This document shows, in pieces, positions 57,222 through 64,000 of a stretch of 64,000 bases of DNA (within the stretch, counting starts at the first letter, position 1; the number at the start of each line of letters is the position of its first letter). The translations under genes were made by a program, and so were the position numbers. The notes under the pieces were generated by a model. It did no database searches, had not been told where the DNA came from, and was given only the letters and a program-made list of their open reading frames with translations. This DNA is from Eledone cirrhosa (lineage: Eukaryota), in contig OZ024745.1 in assembly GCA_964016885.1 (NCBI GenBank), positions 80,848,001 through 80,912,000 on the forward strand. Reading direction: 5' to 3'.

Positions 57222-59145
57222 GTCATTGCTTTCTGTCGTAGGAAAAGTTTTATGTAGGGTGCTTCTGGACCGTCTGCTGACACACATTGCAGATTGTGTT
57301 CTTCCTGAAAGTCAATCTGGTTTTCGTGCTGGACGCGGCACTACTGATATGATCTTCTCAGCTAGACAGCTCCAGGAGAAGTGCATGGAACAAGGTTTGG
57401 ATCTGTATCAGGTTTTTGTCGATCTGACAAAAGCTTTCGATACTGTTAACAGAAATGCATTATGGAAGGTTCTCCAGAAACTTGGTTGCCCTGATAAGTT
57501 CCTTGCTTTAGTTAGGTCTTTCCATGACGACATGAAGGCTTGGGTTAATGTCGGAGGTAACATGTCGGAGCCTATCTCACTAAAAAATGGAGTGAAACAG
57601 GGGAATATTCCAGCACCGACCCTGTTTGCCATATACTTTACAATGGTTTTCTGTATTGCATTCAGGAATTGCGAGCATGGTGTTTACATCCGATATCGAA
57701 CCTCAGGCAGCATATTTAACATCAGGCGCTGTGCTGCAAAGACAAAAGTATTTACATCAATCATAAGAGACCTCTTGTATGCAGATGATTGCGATCTTGT
57801 AGCGCACACAGAGAGTGATATGCAGCACATTTTGAATGCATTTTCTGACGCTTGCACTGCCCTAGGATTGACTCTGTCTCAAGAAAACCGTCGTCATGTA
57901 CCAACCTGCCCCTGGTAAACAGTACAGTGAACCAAATATCTATGTGTATGGTAAACGACTTGGAGTGGTTGATCAGTTTGTCTACCTGGGAAGCACTGTC
58001 AATCGATACGGCAACCTTGACAGTGAAATCTCACTTAGGATTAGAAAAGCAAGTGATGCTTTCGGAAAGCTAGAAAGGCGACTCTGGGGTCGGCGAGACA
58101 TATGCAATAAGACAAAGGTAAAGGTGTACAGGGCATGTGTGCTCTCTTCTCTTCTTTATGCCCGCGAGACTTGGGTCACATATCGACACCACCTTAAGCA
58201 ATTGGAGCGTTTCCATCAGATGTGTCTCAGACGGATCCATGGCGTTCACTGGAGTGATGTCGAGATTTTGGAAAGCTCTATGTGTGACAGTATAGAAGCT
58301 CTTGTGCTTAAGCAACGACTCCGTTGGAGTGGTCACCTTGCCAGGATGAAGGATTCTAGAATACCAAAACAACTCTTTTATGGAGAGTTAGTTAAAGGAA
58401 AACGACCGCCACATAAACCAAAAAAGAGGTATAAGGATTCCGTGAAAGCCTCTTTGAAAGACGCTAACATCTCTGCTGATATATGGGAAAATATCGCTGC
58501 TGATCGTAATAAATGGAGAAAGACTGTATATGAGGGAAAAGTTGCCTTTGAGGCATCTCGAATCGCATACGAGAAAGTAAAGCGGGATGTGAGGAAGGGC
58601 ATTGCTGTTGCACTTCCAGACGGCGAGGGTCCTCCTATGGTACTGACATGCAGCGTCTGTGCGAGACTCTGCCTAAGCAAAGCTGGACTCGAAAGTCATC
58701 TTCGCAGTCATAAAGTAAGACCAGTGGTTGACTACCAGGTTGCTGTTGGAGATGCTACTCATAATGCTTGCCAAGCATGTGGTAGAGAATGTAAATCAGC
58801 AGGAGGGCTCAAACGACATGCAAAAGTACATGAATTCCAACCACAGCCGGCTATTCCCAGTAAATGTTTTGGTTGCTGACTCTGTGCAAGACATTTTAGA
58901 TCATTGGCTGGGCTAAAAAGCCACATTCGATCGCAGCGCTGTTAATTGCTATCGTGTGTGTGTGTGTGTATAGATATGTTTATTTGCGTGCGTGTGTGTG
59001 TGTATATATATATGTATATTATTATTGTTGTTGTTGTCGTTATTATTATTGTTGTTATTATTATTATTATTATTGTTATTAATATATATATATTTTTTTC
59101 TCGTGCAATGGCCATACTCGATAACGAGGGGGCAGCCATCATAAT
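57222..59145 (+). mobile_element. 5'-truncated RTE LINE with C-terminal C2H2 fingers
   Basis: ESQSGFR, DLTKAFD, YADD, YLGS; frameshift ~57880; CSVC..H..H, CQAC..H..H and a third broken finger; (TATG)n tail. Confidence 0.9.
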
Positions 59146-59203
59146 GTATGTATGTATGTATGTATGTATGTATGTATGTATGTATGTATGTATGTATGTA
59201 TGT

Positions 59204-59297
<94 letters not shown>

Positions 59298-59325
59298 AGA
59301 AAGTGAACAACACAAAATATAACTA

Positions 59326-59393
59326 CTCCATTTCCAAAGGTTTCTGGATCCCAGACAATAATAATATACATCTGGATCGGTCGTCAGACAGAG
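59326..59393 (-). ncRNA. Decayed hammerhead-like motif
   Basis: CTCTGT-CTGACGA..GATCCAGA/TCTGGGATC..GAAA-CCTTTGG-AA-ATGGAG; UH site reads AA. Confidence 0.45.
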
Positions 59394-59522
59394 ATGCTAT
59401 GGATAAAAAATATGATAAAAATATGGATAAAAAATATGAAAAATATTAAATAGCTCTGTTCTATACATAGAACACTCTTTTTTCCTTTGCTTTTCCTTCG
59501 GAATTACTTAACACACACACAT

Positions 59523-59563
<41 letters not shown>

Positions 59564-60523
59564 CACACACACATACACACACACATACACCGTTGAGATG
59601 GACTTGGACAGTTTCGACCCCTATCAACTGTACTGCTGGTCCATCCGGAGTCACAGCGTCTGACATAAGCCAAAGGCTGTTCAAAGAATTAAGAGACACG
59701 AAAGACAAAACATTAATTTATAGCCGTTAAGCTACAAAACACAATTTTAAGTGTCGTTAGGAAAAATGTCTGGTGCCTCACATAGAACATGAAACATGAG
59801 TGAAACAAAGAAAAAAAGAGAAGAAAAAAGAAAGGAATAAAAAAGCAAGAAGAAGAAGTAAGATGTGTTAAAAATGTAAGGCATTACAATAAATGGGGGA
59901 AAAGAGAAAAACACGCCCGTCACATTAGTAAATCTACCTATATACTACTAAGACTCAGTGATTGTGTGCTTGTCTGTAATTTAATAGAGCCAAAGGGGCG
60001 CATAATGGGGAAATACTTTGAAAGGAAGTTGCTCCTGAAGAGGGAATATATAAATGGAATAAAACAAGTTTCGCGTAAAACGGAGCACGGGTACCTTCAT
60101 AAATAGCCAACAGCTCAGTGATAACCAATAACCCTCTCACCATATATTATAACCCCTCTCTCTATATATATATTACTAGACTACCCCAGGTGGTGCTATT
60201 AAGTTAGACATGGCCTGGGTGAATACTGGCCGAAACCTATCAAAGTTATCAAAGTTACCCCTGACACAATGGGTCACGAGTAGTCTAGTATACTACTAAA
60301 ACTGTGATTGTGTGATTGTCTGTAATGTAATATAGTCAAAACGGTGCATAATGGGAAACTACTTTGAAAGGGCATTGTCCCTGAAATGGCAATACAAATG
60401 GAATAAAACAAGCTTCACGTAAATTGGAGCACGGGTTCCCGGGGTACGGGGTTTTTCCGGGTATCTTCATAAATAAAAAGAGAAAATGATAGTGGTTGTG
60501 AAAGAGTAGATTGAAAGAGAGAC

Positions 60524-60603
<80 letters not shown>

Positions 60604-60973
60604 AGACAGAGAAGGAAAATGTTGAATGAAATTATAACAAGTGATATGTGTATGTGTCTGTGACCAGTGTATATAGGTCACAGACGTGACCAATGCATAT
60701 AGGTCACAGACACCCATATATATAGGTCACACACACACTTATATATATGTATATACACACATATATATGGGGCCTTCCAATTTCATTTTACATTATATAC
60801 ATGTCTGTGTATATGTTAATTGAACATGATTTAAAAAAACATTTTTAAGTGAACGTGATCCAACAGGTAGTAAACTTTAAAAAATTAACAAAGAAGGGAC
60901 AAGACAAAGATCGAAGTAAAACAAAACAAACAATTTTTTAAGGGAAAACCTTTAAAAAATCATAAAAAGAAAA

Positions 60974-61370
60974 TCTTTATATATATAAAAGCGAGGATGT
61001 GTGTGTGTCTGGGTACAACTTTGGATACCTAAGGCTTTTACAATTATCAACCGAATTTGACCAAATTTTCTGTGCACGTTGCACAGGTCGCTAAGATGGT
61101 CACATCACAAACATTTTTCCAATCGACCCACGTTGAGCAATAAAAAATCGATATCAAAATTATCGGTAGCAAAATTGATGTAAGGGAGATAACAAACTTT
61201 ATTGACAATCCTTATAAAAAAAAAGGGAGATAACCAACATTATTGACAATCCTTATAAAGAGACTGCTTATTTTGATAGGTTGGGGACAAATAATGTTCT
61301 TCTTTTACTTCCTAGCTGTATATTCTTAGCATAATTTCAAAACCCAAACAATGCCGGGTAAATCTGCTAG
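60974..61370 (+). mobile_element. Non-autonomous Helitron
   Basis: A|TC start, ACCC..GGGT hairpin, CTAG|T end; 5' part shared with 63448. Confidence 0.8.
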
Positions 61371-61459
61371 TATACAAATGAAGGACACATAACTCCATGG
61401 TCATCAGCTGTTGAGATGGACTTGGGCAGTTTCGACCCCCTACCATTGGTGCTTCTGGT

Positions 61460-61490
<31 letters not shown>

Positions 61491-61499
<9 letters not shown>

Positions 61500-61558
61500 G
61501 GCTTTTAAAGGACCAGAACTGTTTCATTCGAAGGAAATCATCAGGAAGCCATTCTATA
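61491..61558 (-). ncRNA. Hammerhead motif, same family as 7335
   Basis: TATAGAATGGCTTC-CTGATGA-TTTC(CTTC)GAAT-GAAA-CAGTTCTGGTCCTT-TA^AAAGCCATTTCTATA; partly decayed. Confidence 0.6.
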
Positions 61559-61884
61559 TTAAACTTTGTATATACTCTACTAATGCATTGATTACCTTAC
61601 TTACTGTGGTTACTCCTGATTGAACCCAGGACTAATATATATATATATATATAAAAAGAAAATGATAGAATAAAGTTGGTTGGCATCAGTGGTCTAGACA
61701 GGCTGGCCAACTTGGTGTTAAATGAGATGAGTTTTATTTAGGTCATTTGTATAAGTTTGGTTGAAATATCCAAGGGTACGAACATTCAGTCCATAGGACA
61801 AGTCAAGTATAATATAACAGGCTGAATGAGTTGGGGTGTGTAACCCAACAAAACTTAAGTACCTGTATATGTCAGTGTTGTAAC

Positions 61885-61948
<64 letters not shown>

Positions 61949-62097
61949 AATTAAAATACTAGAGTGTGTTGGAGTTAAACACCCTCTTCATATTATAGAA
62001 ATGACAGTATAGGATATAGCTCAATGTAATTAAACAGAGCCAAAGAATTATAAAAAATAAACCAAAGAAGCCTTCAATACATCAAAAGTCTTTATTA

Positions 62098-62135
62098 GCC
62101 AACAATGTTTCGTCCTATTAAGGACTCATCAGGGC
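62098..62135 (-). ncRNA. Canonical minimal type I hammerhead motif
   Basis: GCC-CTGATGA-GTCCT(TAAT)AGGAC-GAAA-CATTG-TT^GGC, within a ~0.9-kb insert between (TA)n tracts. Confidence 0.8.
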
Positions 62136-62830
62136 AAGTAAAGCTACAAGAAGCACTATCGGCCAATACAAGCCTAAAACTCAGAAGAATATGGAGTATA
62201 CATCTATTAAAGCTTAGGAAAGATATCAAGGAAAAGTTGTCTAAGATTAAGAGTGAGCAGTTACAAACATAGATATAGACCAAATAGCAAGGAAGTGATT
62301 AACATGTTGAACCCACACTGCAAATATTGTATAATGCAAAAACTTGAAACACAAATGGTAATATAATGCGAGTATAATATAATATAATAGATGGTGATAA
62401 TAAAAAGCTTAATATATGTATATATATACATATATCTCTATACATTTACACATTAGTACAAATACAAACTAACACTTATTAAGTATTTAAATATATATAT
62501 ATATATATATATTGTTTACAGTATAATATAATAAAGATAAAAATAAGAATAAAGATAAAAATAAAAATAAAATATAATATATAATTCCCTGTCAGTGTGC
62601 ATAAACAATATAGAAACATTATAATAACATTATAATAACAATATTATAATATATTGGCATCAAAAGATATACAAAATTACATCATACATATAATTCAAGG
62701 TTAACAAATAGTATAAAGTTTTACACAGGGTAAGAAAAAATCATATAGAACTAAATTGTGTTGAAAAAATATCTATACCATTGTAACAAATACACGGAGG
62801 TCAAGTCATTTTACATTGGCATAAATATTA

Positions 62831-62925
<95 letters not shown>

Positions 62926-63447
62926 TGAAACCTCAATGAGATTATTCCCATGTTCTCAAATAGCTGCATATTGATACACACTGGTCATTAAACTCAGTCA
63001 GTCAAAGTTAGATGCCGATTCCTTTGTTTGAGTTAGCTTGTTGCTGTTTAGATTTACAGCCTTTGTTTAAAAAGAAATTATTAAAGGCCCTCAGTTTAAT
63101 GTTTCTGGGTAACCCATCCTTATAAATACTGCAGAATTTGATCCCAGAAAACACAGTCTGCTTTTTTGCTCAGGCTAGGCAGTTCCAACCTATGTGGTCG
63201 GCTGTTCTGTATATTGGTTATTAGAAAAACAAGGCACATTTGTTGATGTTCAATGATACATTTAATAATAGAGATTCTCTCACACATGTTTCAATACATT
63301 ATGTAAGTGATGGCCAGTGAAATTTGTATTATTATGGAATTCATTATTTCACTATTGTTCTAATGGATTTCATGTGTGAGAGAGTGTTCAGGGAGAAAAA
63401 AAGATATACAAATGTTCAAATATATGAGTGTTCAGGGAGAAAAAAAA

Positions 63448-64000
63448 ATATAAAAGCGAGGATGTGTGTGTCTGTGTACAACTTTGCATGCATAAGGCTT
63501 TCACAATTACCAACTGAATTTGACCAAATTTTCTGTGCACGTTGCACAGGTCGCTAATATTGTCACATCACAAACATTTTTCAAATCGACCCACGTTGAG
63601 CAATACAAAATCCTTATCAAAATTATCGGTCGAAAAATTGATGTAAGGGAGATAACAAACTTTATTGACAATCCTTATAAAAAAGGGAGATAACCTTTTC
63701 ACCAAATATGCACCGTAAAAGAAAGTATGCACATATTGGCTATCGACCGAAGAAAACAATGCGTGTAAATGACGCTCCGCCGATAACCGAAAATAGACAA
63801 TCACTAAATGTGGTGAGTACAGTTATTGCAACATCTTTGTCCGCCGCTGAGTGTCGATTAGTGCGGCAAACCAATAATGCTAAAACAACTGTTGCAGCAC
63901 GAGCTGCAGAGACTACAGTTTTTAAATTGCCCCTTGATTTGGCAAAATTAGAAACTCCTACTTGCCATATCACCAAAGACTCCGAAAGGGCTCATCTGCT
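63448..64000 (+). mobile_element. Helitron 5' end with internally deleted ORF (63708 to window end)
   Basis: Same 5' segment as 60974; MHRKRKYAHIGYR..FKLPLDLAKLETPTCHITKDS (Pif1-like). Confidence 0.7.

Noticed and set aside
61398-61440. Type II hammerhead on the - strand
   Set aside because: Stem I does not pair and the sister copy at 59593 lacks CTGATGA.

Overview
AT-rich, repeat-dense animal genomic DNA. The SINE/RTE repertoire and very long (TA)n tracts suggest an octopus or other cephalopod (inference, not verified). Most ORF-track entries are microsatellite translations. Host genes: (1) a five-coding-exon minus-strand gene (30808->24212), missed by the ORF track, for a ~147-aa secreted, cationic protein with three exon-encoded Cys/Trp repeats; (2) the first coding exon of a Delphilin/GRID2IP-like PDZ gene (48573-48936), whose start codon lies in the last full unit of a 34-bp ATG-bearing tandem array. 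Mobile DNA: an intact RTE LINE with a PHD finger inside its RT, a Penelope-like element forming a 2.2-kb inverted repeat, a non-autonomous LTR element, Helitrons, mariner/hAT relics, R4-like, L1/Tx1-like and CR1-like fragments, and tRNA-derived SINEs. About ten type I hammerhead-ribozyme motifs (some decayed) lie in the Penelope repeats and in short inserts within microsatellites. All structures were read by eye; no alignment, folding or database search was run.
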